From: Candidatus Uhrbacteria bacterium
Lineage (GTDB): Bacteria; Patescibacteriota; Patescibacteriia; JACQRZ01
NCBI GenBank assembly: GCA_016206155.1
Contig: JACQSC010000001.1
Span: 71,105 to 125,370, forward strand
DNA length: 54,266 bases
Direction: 5' to 3'
Part shown: piece after piece, positions 10,331-18,267 of the stretch
Numbering within the stretch: the stretch's first letter is position 1
How the letters are laid out: each line of letters begins with the position of its first letter
Program-made: the position numbers and the translations under genes
The notes under the pieces: model-generated
What the model was told of the DNA's origin: nothing
The model's input: the letters and a program-made list of their open reading frames with translations, nothing else
Databases searched by the model: none

Positions 10331-11611
10331 ATGACCCATGCAATCATTCATATCGATGGTGATGCATTCTTCGCCTCGTGCGAGCAGGCGCGAAATCCAG
10401 CACTCAAAGGCAGGCCGGTGATTACCGGCAAGGAGCGGGGGATTGCCTCGTCCATGAGCTATGAAGCAAAGCGTAAAGGTGTGACGCGCGGTATGCGATT
10501 GTTTGAGATTTTGCGCGCATGTCCCGATGCTGTGATTCTTCCTTCCGACTACGAACTGTACAGTATCATCTCACAGAGGTTTATGACGATTGTGCGGCGA
10601 TATACATCGGTTGTGGAAGAGTATGGCATCGATGAATGTTTTGCGGATTTGACCGGCATGGACAAGCCGCTGGGACTATCGTGCGAAGAAATTGGGCGCC
10701 GTATTCAGGCAGATCTCATACGCGAGCTTGATTGTTCTTTCTCCGTTGGTCTTGCTCCGACAAAGGTTTTGGCAAAGGTCGGGTCGAAGTGGGAGAAACC
10801 AAACGGGTTCACCGTTATTGAAGAACGCACAATCCCGCGATTTCTTAGAGAACTCCCGATCGAAAGCGTATGGGGCATCGGTGGTCAGACGGCAGGCCTT
10901 CTCCATCGCCACGGCATCTTTACCGCACTTGATTTTATGAATGCGCGTGAAGGATGGGTGCGCGATACGCTCACCAAGCCGTTTGTTGAGATTTGGCATG
11001 AGCTCAACGGCCAAGCCGCCTTAGCCATTGACTGTGAAGAAAAAAGGCCACAAGGGTCAATTCAAAAAGTAAAAACATTTACGCCGCCATCCGACAAGCG
11101 AGATCATATTTTTTCTCAACTTTCACGGAATATTGAAAACGCCTGTATTCGCGCGCGCAGGCATGGGTTGGCCGCACGAGAGGTGACGTTCTTTTTGCGG
11201 ACACAGGACTTTCGCCATTTTGGCGTACGGGCGCAGCTGTCAAGGGCAACGGCATTTCCCAATAAGATGATCAATGTTCTTGAGGGGATGATCGACGAGC
11301 TTTTTCATTCTCGCAACCTCTATCGCGCAACCGGCGTCGTGCTCTCAAAGCTTACCGACGAAGCATCGGCCCAGCTTGATCTCTTCGGCGATCACCTTGG
11401 GATTGAGAAAATGACGCGGCTCTACAATAGTGTCGATACCCTGGATCAAAAATTTGGCAAGCACACCGTCTTTGTTGGATCAAGTTTCAAGACAGAAAAT
11501 ACCCCTCAATTCGCCGGCGTTCGCGCAGACCGTCCCTGGCGCGAGGGGCATCTTTTGCAAGGCGAAACCATCCGTCAGCATATTGGTATTCCAATTTTTT
11601 CTCCGACTTAA
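10331..11611 (+). CDS. Y-family translesion DNA polymerase (UmuC/DinB-like)
   Basis: IHIDGDAFFASCEQ, SIDECFADLTG, and little-finger domain length (426 aa). No umuD partner was seen. Confidence 0.88.
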   Translation: MTHAIIHIDGDAFFASCEQARNPALKGRPVITGKERGIASSMSYEAKRKGVTRGMRLFEILRACPDAVILPSDYELYSIISQRFMTIVRRYTSVVEEYGIDECFADLTGMDKPLGLSCEEIGRRIQADLIRELDCSFSVGLAPTKVLAKVGSKWEKPNGFTVIEERTIPRFLRELPIESVWGIGGQTAGLLHRHGIFTALDFMNAREGWVRDTLTKPFVEIWHELNGQAALAIDCEEKRPQGSIQKVKTFTPPSDKRDHIFSQLSRNIENACIRARRHGLAAREVTFFLRTQDFRHFGVRAQLSRATAFPNKMINVLEGMIDELFHSRNLYRATGVVLSKLTDEASAQLDLFGDHLGIEKMTRLYNSVDTLDQKFGKHTVFVGSSFKTENTPQFAGVRADRPWREGHLLQGETIRQHIGIPIFSPT

Positions 11612-11618
11612 TCTGACA

Positions 11619-11646
11619 TTGACAAAGAGAATGACGCGACTATAAT
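11619..11646 (+). promoter_or_regulatory. sigma70-like promoter
   Basis: TTGACA (11619-11624), 16 nt, TATAAT (11641-11646). The track's ATG at 11645 lies inside the -10, so it is probably not the start. Confidence 0.55.
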
Positions 11647-11671
11647 GAAACTACGTATAGATCATATTTTT

Positions 11672-12001
11672 ATGCAGGACAACAATCAAAAAAATAGTGT
11701 TACAACCGACGAGATCATGAACTTTCTTGTCGATCATATGGTGACGAAAGAGGAACTTCGCTACGAAGTTGCTGAGATTAGAAAAGAAATGGCAACTAAG
11801 AGCGAGCTTGGTAAGCTTCGTTCTGACATGATTGATCATATGAATAAAAATACCCTTCAACTTGAGACCACATTCGGCACCATGATGCGAGCAGAAGATC
11901 GGAAAGTTGGAGCACTGATCAATCTTCTTGCAGATAAGAATGTAATTTCTTCGCAAGAGGCAGGAATGATTTTAAAACTGGAACCATTTCCGAGCATGTG
12001 A
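11672..12001 (+). CDS. hypothetical coiled-coil protein (about 109 aa)
   Basis: Same frame as track ORF 11645-12001, with the ATG at 11672 preferred (see promoter). The stop overlaps the helicase GTG start. Confidence 0.5.
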   Translation: MQDNNQKNSVTTDEIMNFLVDHMVTKEELRYEVAEIRKEMATKSELGKLRSDMIDHMNKNTLQLETTFGTMMRAEDRKVGALINLLADKNVISSQEAGMILKLEPFPSM

Positions 12002-15000
12002 GTGCTTCACAAGAGTTACTAAAAGATTTGAATCAAGAACAATCAACGGCCGTTACCCAAGGGGAGGGGCCGTTGTTGATTGTTGCTGGGGCGGGAACCG
12101 GAAAAACAACGGTCATCACGCGGAGAATCGCATGGCTCATTCTCTCCGGCAAGTGCAAACCCGATGAAGTCCTTGCGTTGACGTTCACGGAAAAGGCGGC
12201 TGGCGAGATGGAGGAGCGCGTTGACCGCCTCTTGCCATACGGGTATGTCAATTTGTGGATTTCGACATTCCATGCATTCTGTCAGCGTATCTTAGAGCGG
12301 CATGGGTTGGATATCGGCGTGCCGAATTCATTCAAGCTTCTTGACACGACGGCCAGCTGGCTCCTTGTCAGAAAGAATCTTGATCGTTTTGATCTTGATT
12401 ATTACCGTCCGCGCGGAAATCCCACTAAGTTCATTCACGCGCTCCTTCAGCACTTTTCTCGCGCGAAAGACGAAGGAATTCTGCCCGAGGACTATCTTCG
12501 GTATGCGCAAGATCAGAAACGGGGACAGTCACCGTTTCTGCAAGAAACGGTGACTGTCCCCGTTTCTGCCAAGCGATCCGAAGAAATTGCAAACGCGTAT
12601 CACATCTACCAGCAACTCCTCTTAGAAAACAATGCGCTTGATTTTGGCGACCTCCTCGTATACACCCGCGAGCTCTTTATGAACCGTCCCGCGATTCTTG
12701 AGCAGTACCGCGCACAATTTAAGTACATTCTTGTCGACGAGTTTCAAGATACCAACTGGATTCAATATACAATCGTGAATCTTCTTGCGACACCCGATGA
12801 CAATCTGACAGTGATGGCGGACGATGATCAGGCGATTTTTTTGTGGCGGGGCGCATCGTATCACAATATCCTTCAATTCAAAAAGGATTATCCGCAGAGC
12901 AGGGAGATATTTCTGACACAGAATTATCGTTCGTGCCAGAATATTCTTGATTGCGCCTATCAATTCATCCAGCACAATAATCCGGACCGCCTTGAATATC
13001 AGTTATCAGAGAAGGGCGGATTGTCAAAGCAACTTCGCGCGCAGCATGAGCGGCAGGGCAGTATTGAACACATTCATTGCACGACGCCCCAAGAGGAGGT
13101 CGCGCTTGTCTGTAAAAAAATTGCAGAGCTAAAAGAAAAAAATGTCGATCTCTGCTGGAGCGACATCGCGATTCTCGTACGCGCAAACGATACGGCAAAA
13201 CCCTTTTGTGAACATCTTCGTGATGCTCATATTCCCTATTATGTTGTTTCCGCTAAGGGATTGTACACAAAGCCCGTTATCATGGATATGCTTGCGTATT
13301 GCACCCTTCTTGTCCGACCGCACGACAGTCCGGCATTCTGGCGAGTGTTGACATGGCCTTTTTATACGTACGCGTCGGCAACCCTCATCGCGCTCTCTCA
13401 CTATGCGCATCGTTGCGGCATTTCGCTCTATGAGGCTTGCCAGAAGGTCGACGCGATCCCCGACATACGCCCCGAGGATCGGGTGGCGCTGAAAGGTCTG
13501 TGCGCTATCATTGAAAAGCATAGTATGCTTGCCAGAAGCGCGCGAGCGGCGGAAATTTTCCTCACTGTGGTACGCGATAGCGGATACCTTGCATATCTTA
13601 AGGATGGTGAAACAGAAGAAAAGCGCGAAGGATTAAAAGTTCTCGATGTATTTTATAAAAAAATTCGCGCATTGAGCCTTGACATGAATGATGCACGCTT
13701 AAAAGACATTCTCGATTGCGTGTCTCTTGAGCAAGAAGCAGGGGAGCAGGGAACGATGCCGCGCCGCGATGACGAGAGTCCTGACGCAGTGCATATCCTG
13801 ACATGCCACAGTGCGAAGGGTCTTGAATTTGACCATGTGTTCATCGTGAATATGGTTGACCGCAGGTTCCCGACAACGGAACGGCACGATGCGATTGAAC
13901 TTCCTGCGGAGCTACTGAAAGAAATAGTGCCGCAAGGGGATGCGCACCTTGAGGAGGAGCGGCGACTTTTTTATGTTGCGCTGACGCGGGCAAAACGGGG
14001 AGTGTATCTCACATCGTGTGAGGACACGGGCACGAACAGGAAGAAGAAACTTTCGCGGTTCTTGCATGAAATGGGGTTAAATGTGGGGTGGGGTCAGGCA
14101 CAGATTTTGCAGTCGCAAAAACTGAGCCAGACCCCAGCTGAGCCAGACCCCATTTCGACCGAAGAGCAAAAACAAAAATTCGGACCTGACACCAATTTTG
14201 CCGTTCTTCCCATTTCCCATGTTTTCAGCTACTCCCAGCTTGCCGCATTCCAAAAGTGCCCTTTGCAGTATAAATATGCGTTTGTCGTGAAGTTGCCGGT
14301 ATTTGGCAAGCCCGCTTTGAGCTTTGGACGAACTTTGCACCTCACGCTGCAAAAATTTTTTGAGCAATGCATTGAGTTGGAGAGAAGGGACCAGCAACAG
14401 CTGTTCAAGAGCGCGGAAAACCTGTATACTGACAATCATCAGGCGTTGCCATCCCTTGATACGTTGTTTGAGCTGTACGATCAGTGCTGGATCGATGAAT
14501 GGTTTTCCAGCAAGCGGCAAAAAGAGGAATACCGCCAACGCGGATGCGATATTCTCAAACGTCTGCATGAGGAAGTGTCGCGTACGCCCATGCGCACCAA
14601 GGCGCTTGAACGTGATTTTATCATCAGGTTTGGGGATTATCCCGATCAGATCACGATCAAAGGGCGCATGGATCGAGTCGATGAGTGCGATGACGGCACC
14701 GTTGAGATTATCGATTACAAGACGGGTACGCCAAAGGACAAGTTGACGCGCGAGGATAAGGAGCAGCTCCTTTACTATCAGATTGCGTCGCAAGAGGTAT
14801 TTGGCGAGCATCCCTCAAAGTTGACCTATTACTATCTTGATGACGGAAGCACGATTACGTTCATTGGGAGCGATGAGGATATCCAAAAACTGCGCAGTAA
14901 AGCAGCAACGATTGTTGGACAGATCAGGGAAAGCACATTTGAGGCGACACCTGGCTGGCACTGCAGATTTTGCGACTTCCGCGATATCTGTGAATATAGA

Positions 15001-15009
15001 GCCCACTAA
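11998..15009 (+). CDS. UvrD/PcrA-type SF1 helicase fused to a C-terminal PD-(D/E)XK, Cas4/AddB-like Fe-S nuclease domain
   Basis: Walker A AGAGTGKT, DEFQDTN, and QNYRS. In the C-terminal domain, the Cys in FQKCPLQYKY plus CRFCDFRDIC form a 4-Cys cluster pattern, alongside IIDYKTG (nuclease motif). GTG start. Confidence 0.9.
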   Translation: MSASQELLKDLNQEQSTAVTQGEGPLLIVAGAGTGKTTVITRRIAWLILSGKCKPDEVLALTFTEKAAGEMEERVDRLLPYGYVNLWISTFHAFCQRILERHGLDIGVPNSFKLLDTTASWLLVRKNLDRFDLDYYRPRGNPTKFIHALLQHFSRAKDEGILPEDYLRYAQDQKRGQSPFLQETVTVPVSAKRSEEIANAYHIYQQLLLENNALDFGDLLVYTRELFMNRPAILEQYRAQFKYILVDEFQDTNWIQYTIVNLLATPDDNLTVMADDDQAIFLWRGASYHNILQFKKDYPQSREIFLTQNYRSCQNILDCAYQFIQHNNPDRLEYQLSEKGGLSKQLRAQHERQGSIEHIHCTTPQEEVALVCKKIAELKEKNVDLCWSDIAILVRANDTAKPFCEHLRDAHIPYYVVSAKGLYTKPVIMDMLAYCTLLVRPHDSPAFWRVLTWPFYTYASATLIALSHYAHRCGISLYEACQKVDAIPDIRPEDRVALKGLCAIIEKHSMLARSARAAEIFLTVVRDSGYLAYLKDGETEEKREGLKVLDVFYKKIRALSLDMNDARLKDILDCVSLEQEAGEQGTMPRRDDESPDAVHILTCHSAKGLEFDHVFIVNMVDRRFPTTERHDAIELPAELLKEIVPQGDAHLEEERRLFYVALTRAKRGVYLTSCEDTGTNRKKKLSRFLHEMGLNVGWGQAQILQSQKLSQTPAEPDPISTEEQKQKFGPDTNFAVLPISHVFSYSQLAAFQKCPLQYKYAFVVKLPVFGKPALSFGRTLHLTLQKFFEQCIELERRDQQQLFKSAENLYTDNHQALPSLDTLFELYDQCWIDEWFSSKRQKEEYRQRGCDILKRLHEEVSRTPMRTKALERDFIIRFGDYPDQITIKGRMDRVDECDDGTVEIIDYKTGTPKDKLTREDKEQLLYYQIASQEVFGEHPSKLTYYYLDDGSTITFIGSDEDIQKLRSKAATIVGQIRESTFEATPGWHCRFCDFRDICEYRAH
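12515..12567. repeat. perfect 25-bp-stem/3-nt-loop palindrome translated in frame inside the helicase (copy B)
   Basis: AGAAACGGGGACAGTCACCGTTTCT GCA AGAAACGGTGACTGTCCCCGTTTCT. It encodes KRGQSPFLQETVTVPVS. Confidence 0.9.
14085..14151. repeat. palindromic element translated in frame inside the helicase (copy C; copy A in inverse orientation) with a 14-nt tail duplication
   Basis: GGGGTCAGGCACAGATTTTGC AGTC GCAAAAACTGAGCCAGACCCC (14090-14135) has three A:A mismatches. CTGAGCCAGACCCC is repeated at 14138-14151. Confidence 0.85.
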
Positions 15010-15014
15010 CCTTT

Positions 15015-15329
15015 ATGGCACTTACCGCATTTTCACAACTGGTGACAAAGAATATACATCGGACATCCATAGGTCCGCAGGTACAAACTGCTCTTGCGTT
15101 GGAGCGTGCTCGTAATGTCCTTCATGCCCTGCTTGATGAGGAAACAGATCGCGCTGTTCGTCCCGCCTATATCCGGTACAACGCGCTCACGCTTCGCTGT
15201 CGGCACTCATCGGCGGCAGCGTGCATCGGACCTTTTGAACAGGAAATTCTCGACTATGTGAATAAAGGATTTCCCGCTCCGGTGGCAAAACGGCTCCATG
15301 TCATTTTTGATACCAATGAAACATATTGA
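15015..15329 (+). CDS. DUF721/DciA-like protein (tentative)
   Basis: 104 aa. The pattern ...VRPAYIRYNALTLRCRHSSAAACI...LDYVNKGF...RLHVIF resembles DUF721. This call is from memory of the family only. Confidence 0.4.
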   Translation: MALTAFSQLVTKNIHRTSIGPQVQTALALERARNVLHALLDEETDRAVRPAYIRYNALTLRCRHSSAAACIGPFEQEILDYVNKGFPAPVAKRLHVIFDTNETY

Positions 15330-15807
15330 TTACAAAAAAATCCTTTCCCACGCAGCGCTGATCCTTGGAGCGCTTGTAGTTATTGCGGGGCTCATGATGT
15401 GGGTGCGAAGCGAGGAGGCGTATGCGCGCGATGCGCAGCGCATGGGGGATGTCATCGACATAAAGCTCGGGCTCTATCGCTACTATCTCCGGCATGCGGC
15501 CTATCCATCAAGCGCCACATCCGTTCTTCTTGGCGGGCCCGACGCCGATTGTTTAGGAGATAAAGGATTCGTGAGCCGCAAGGGATTGGATTGTTCGGGT
15601 CGCCCGTATCTTTCGCCGGTTCCCGCGAGTCTCGGCCTCACCGATCAGGATGTCTATACCTATACGCCCCTTGGCGCAGACAGCGATACGATCTGCGATT
15701 CCGCGACCGGATGTCCGCGCTACGGGATTCTCTTCTATTTTGAAACGAATGTTTTTGCAAAGAAAGGATTTCATGTGCTTACGCCTGAAGGGCTTCAAAC
15801 ACTATGA
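15298..15807 (+). CDS. membrane-anchored pilin-like protein without a prepilin cleavage motif
   Basis: A TM helix is followed by ARDAQRMGDVIDIKLGLYRYYLRHAAYPS, resembling the post-helix segment of CPR pilins, plus a Cys-rich globular part. The start may be the ATG at 15316. Confidence 0.5.
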   Translation: MSFLIPMKHIDYKKILSHAALILGALVVIAGLMMWVRSEEAYARDAQRMGDVIDIKLGLYRYYLRHAAYPSSATSVLLGGPDADCLGDKGFVSRKGLDCSGRPYLSPVPASLGLTDQDVYTYTPLGADSDTICDSATGCPRYGILFYFETNVFAKKGFHVLTPEGLQTL

Positions 15808-16190
15808 CACTTACTCGCTATCTTGTTCTCATGGCGTTTGCGACGGCCCTGTGCTGGGCGGCATGGACAACCGTCGTTGGGGCGGTCAATCCTTTTGATA
15901 CCGACATTGTCGGCTATTTTCTTTTTTATTCCAGCTTCTCCCTTGCGCTTGCCGGCACCTTTGCGCTTCTGGGGCTCTTGTTTCGCACGCTTCTGCTCAA
16001 GCAGGAGCTCATGTTTCAGAAGGTTGCCATTTCCTTTCGTCAGGGCATTTTTTTTGCTATTCTGATAGATGGGTTCCTTATCTTACAGGGCATGAGACTG
16101 CTCACATGGTATAACGTAGCGTTTTTGATTGTCGGATTAACAATAGCGGAGTTCTTCGTCATTTCACGCAAACCGCAAAGACGAAGATAG
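15804..16190 (+). CDS. hypothetical 4-TM membrane protein
   Basis: 128 aa, hydrophobic, with an ATGA overlap onto the upstream gene. Confidence 0.6.
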   Translation: MTLTRYLVLMAFATALCWAAWTTVVGAVNPFDTDIVGYFLFYSSFSLALAGTFALLGLLFRTLLLKQELMFQKVAISFRQGIFFAILIDGFLILQGMRLLTWYNVAFLIVGLTIAEFFVISRKPQRRR

Positions 16191-16270
16191 GGTGCAGGGT
16201 AGAGGGTACAGGGTATAGAAAAACCCTAACCCATAAACCCTAACCCCTAACCCCTAACCCCTAAACCCTA
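16190..16270. repeat. heptad-array hairpin: (GGGTNNA)x4, then a C-tract array (CCCTAA/CCCCTAA/CCCTAAA, 7 tracts)
   Basis: gggtgcagggtagagggtacagggtatag aa aaaccctaacccataaaccctaacccctaacccctaacccctaaacccta. It overlaps the upstream TAG stop by 1 nt. Confidence 0.9.
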
Positions 16271-16273
16271 GTA

Positions 16274-17491
16274 ATGCAATTCAAATACACAGCAAAAGAA
16301 AAAAATGGCGAGGAGGTCGTCGGCCAGGTTGAGGCAGAGAGCGCAAATGCCGCCGCCGACGAGCTCATGGGCCGCGAGCTCTACATCACCTCGCTTACTG
16401 AGGTAAGGGCTCATGAAGATATCGTGGGCGCAATCGGTAAGGTTTTTTCGCGGGTGACAAAAAAGGACCTTGCGATTTTCTTGCGCCAACTCTCCATTCT
16501 CATATCCGCGGCGGTGCCGCTCGTACAGGCGCTGAAGATTCTTGGCGGTCAAACGCCAAACAAGGTGCTGCGCCAAACCTTGATCGATGTCCAGCGGGAG
16601 GTTGAGGGCGGCATGAAGTTCTCACTCGCCCTTGAGCGCTACCCAAACGTCTTCTCATCTTATTTCATCAATATGGTGCGCTCGGGAGAGACCTCGGGAC
16701 GCTTGGAAGAGATTTTGGGATACCTTGCGGATCAGGAGGAGAAGGATTACGAGCTTCAAGGCAAGATCATCGGGGCGCTTGTGTACCCTGGGTTTATTAT
16801 ATCCGTGCTGTTTGGCGGCAGTTTTTTTATGCTTGTTTTTGTGCTGCCAAAAATCCTCAAGATGTTTGAGGAGTTCGGAGCGACAGCCGATCTTCCGCTT
16901 GCAACCCGTGCACTCATGTTTTTATCAAAGACTGCCCAGTCCTACTGGTGGGTTGTGATACTTGCAGTCATTGTCGGCGCGCTTCTTTTCCGCTCCTATA
17001 TCAAAACTGAGCAGGGGCGTGCATGGTTTGACTTTGTAAAATTAAAGGCGCCGGTCTTTGGCCAGCTTTTCCAATATCTCTATGTGATTCGATTTGCGCG
17101 GAGCTTTAATACCATTCTTGTTGGAGGTATCACCATTCCGCAAGGTCTTCGTATCGTTCGCACCGTTATTGGAAGTCCTTTGTTTGAGAAACTGATAGAC
17201 GAAACCATCAAAGAGGTCGAGGAAGGCAATCCAATGTCTGGCGTTTTTGCAAAAAGTCCACATATGCCGGCGATGGTCACTCAAATGCTTGCGGTAGGGG
17301 AGCAGACAGGGCGCCTGGACGATGTCTTGGAGAAAATAACGAATTTTTATAACCGTGAGATTAACAGTGTCATTGAGATAGCACTCAAGCTGGTCGAACC
17401 GGTTATTATGATTATCCTCGGCATAGGAGTCGGTTTTCTTGTCGCCGGTGTCATCTTGCCCATGATGAACCTCGCTTCTGTAGCGCAGTAG
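16274..17491 (+). CDS. pilC: type IV pilus platform protein PilC (GspF/T2SS-F family)
   Basis: 405 aa with two T2SSF repeats and 3 TM segments. Confidence 0.9.
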   Translation: MQFKYTAKEKNGEEVVGQVEAESANAAADELMGRELYITSLTEVRAHEDIVGAIGKVFSRVTKKDLAIFLRQLSILISAAVPLVQALKILGGQTPNKVLRQTLIDVQREVEGGMKFSLALERYPNVFSSYFINMVRSGETSGRLEEILGYLADQEEKDYELQGKIIGALVYPGFIISVLFGGSFFMLVFVLPKILKMFEEFGATADLPLATRALMFLSKTAQSYWWVVILAVIVGALLFRSYIKTEQGRAWFDFVKLKAPVFGQLFQYLYVIRFARSFNTILVGGITIPQGLRIVRTVIGSPLFEKLIDETIKEVEEGNPMSGVFAKSPHMPAMVTQMLAVGEQTGRLDDVLEKITNFYNREINSVIEIALKLVEPVIMIILGIGVGFLVAGVILPMMNLASVAQ

Positions 17492-17566
17492 CACGGAGAA
17501 AATTATCCACAGCCGCTCTTCCCTTTGTTCTTTATTTATGGTATAATAGTAACAGATGTGCATAAT

Positions 17567-17663
17567 CGTAATGTCATTGTGAGCATCAGCGAGGAATCCC
17601 CATAAAGGCGGGATTGCCACGGTCGCTTCGCTAACCTGCTTGCAGGCGGGCCCGTAATGACAC
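17567..17663. repeat. composite palindromic element upstream of the pilin gene (GTCATTG...TAATGAC ends, AATCCC/GGGATT core)
   Basis: cgtaatgtcattgtgagcatcagcgaggaatcccc ataaaggc gggattgccacggtcgcttcgc ... cccgtaatgacac. The core resembles the hairpins at 26652 and 35176 in inverse orientation. Confidence 0.6.
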
Positions 17664-17699
17664 TAATTTATATTTTAACAATATAATTAATTTAAAATT

Positions 17700-18191
17700 A
17701 TGACCAATAAAAAAGGTTTTACATTGGTGGAACTACTCGTTGTCATCGGCATCATCGGTGTTCTTGCGACTATTAGTGTCGCGTCGCTTCAGTCGGCGCA
17801 GAAGCGTGCCCGTGACACAAAGCGTATTGCGGTTGTGAAGGGTATGTCAACGATGATTGAAGGGGAAGATGCTGGATCTCCGGGAACCGCGATAGTATGT
17901 GCTGCTGGCGCCGCGTGCGGAGATCTTGTTGATACTACAACCGTTACAGGACCGTCAACATTAGCTGACGCCGGTTTTAAGGGGGCAGTTGACCCACAAG
18001 CGCCAACCGATGTCTGTACGGCTGCAAGCGTTAAAGCGTGCAAATATGCGATATCAACGAGCACAGGTGCCGCCGAACCGAAAACAAACGATTATCAAAT
18101 TTGTTTTTTTCTTGAGGCCGGTGGCGCAGGATTACAATGGGGTATGAACAGTATCGTAACTGGGGGAGCATTTACTAAAGGATGTAAATAG
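17700..18191 (+). CDS. type IV pilin (prepilin-type N-terminal cleavage/methylation domain)
   Basis: MTNKKG|FTLVELLVVIGIIGVLA class III signal peptide, and a Cys-containing C-terminal domain. Confidence 0.9.
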   Translation: MTNKKGFTLVELLVVIGIIGVLATISVASLQSAQKRARDTKRIAVVKGMSTMIEGEDAGSPGTAIVCAAGAACGDLVDTTTVTGPSTLADAGFKGAVDPQAPTDVCTAASVKACKYAISTSTGAAEPKTNDYQICFFLEAGGAGLQWGMNSIVTGGAFTKGCK

Positions 18192-18206
18192 GTAAAATCT
18201 ATATTC

Positions 18207-18245
18207 AAAAAGAACGCCGGACAACCTCCGGCGTTCTTTTTTTTA
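18207..18245 (+). terminator. canonical Rho-independent terminator after the pilin gene
   Basis: GAACGCCGGA caacc TCCGGCGTTC followed by T9. Confidence 0.85.
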
Positions 18246-18252
18246 TTACCCA

Positions 18253-18261
18253 TGCTATGAT
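18253..18261 (+). promoter_or_regulatory. extended -10 (TGcTATGAT) placed for a leaderless DUF3800 mRNA
   Basis: The -10 ends at 18261 and the ATG is at 18268, the expected +1 position. No SD is possible. Confidence 0.45.
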
Positions 18262-18267
18262 GAATGC

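Noticed and set aside
18212-18236. GAAC...GTTC after the pilin gene as a second LexA box.
   Set aside because: The spacing is 17 nt rather than 4. The sequence is the GC-rich stem of a canonical terminator followed by a T-run.
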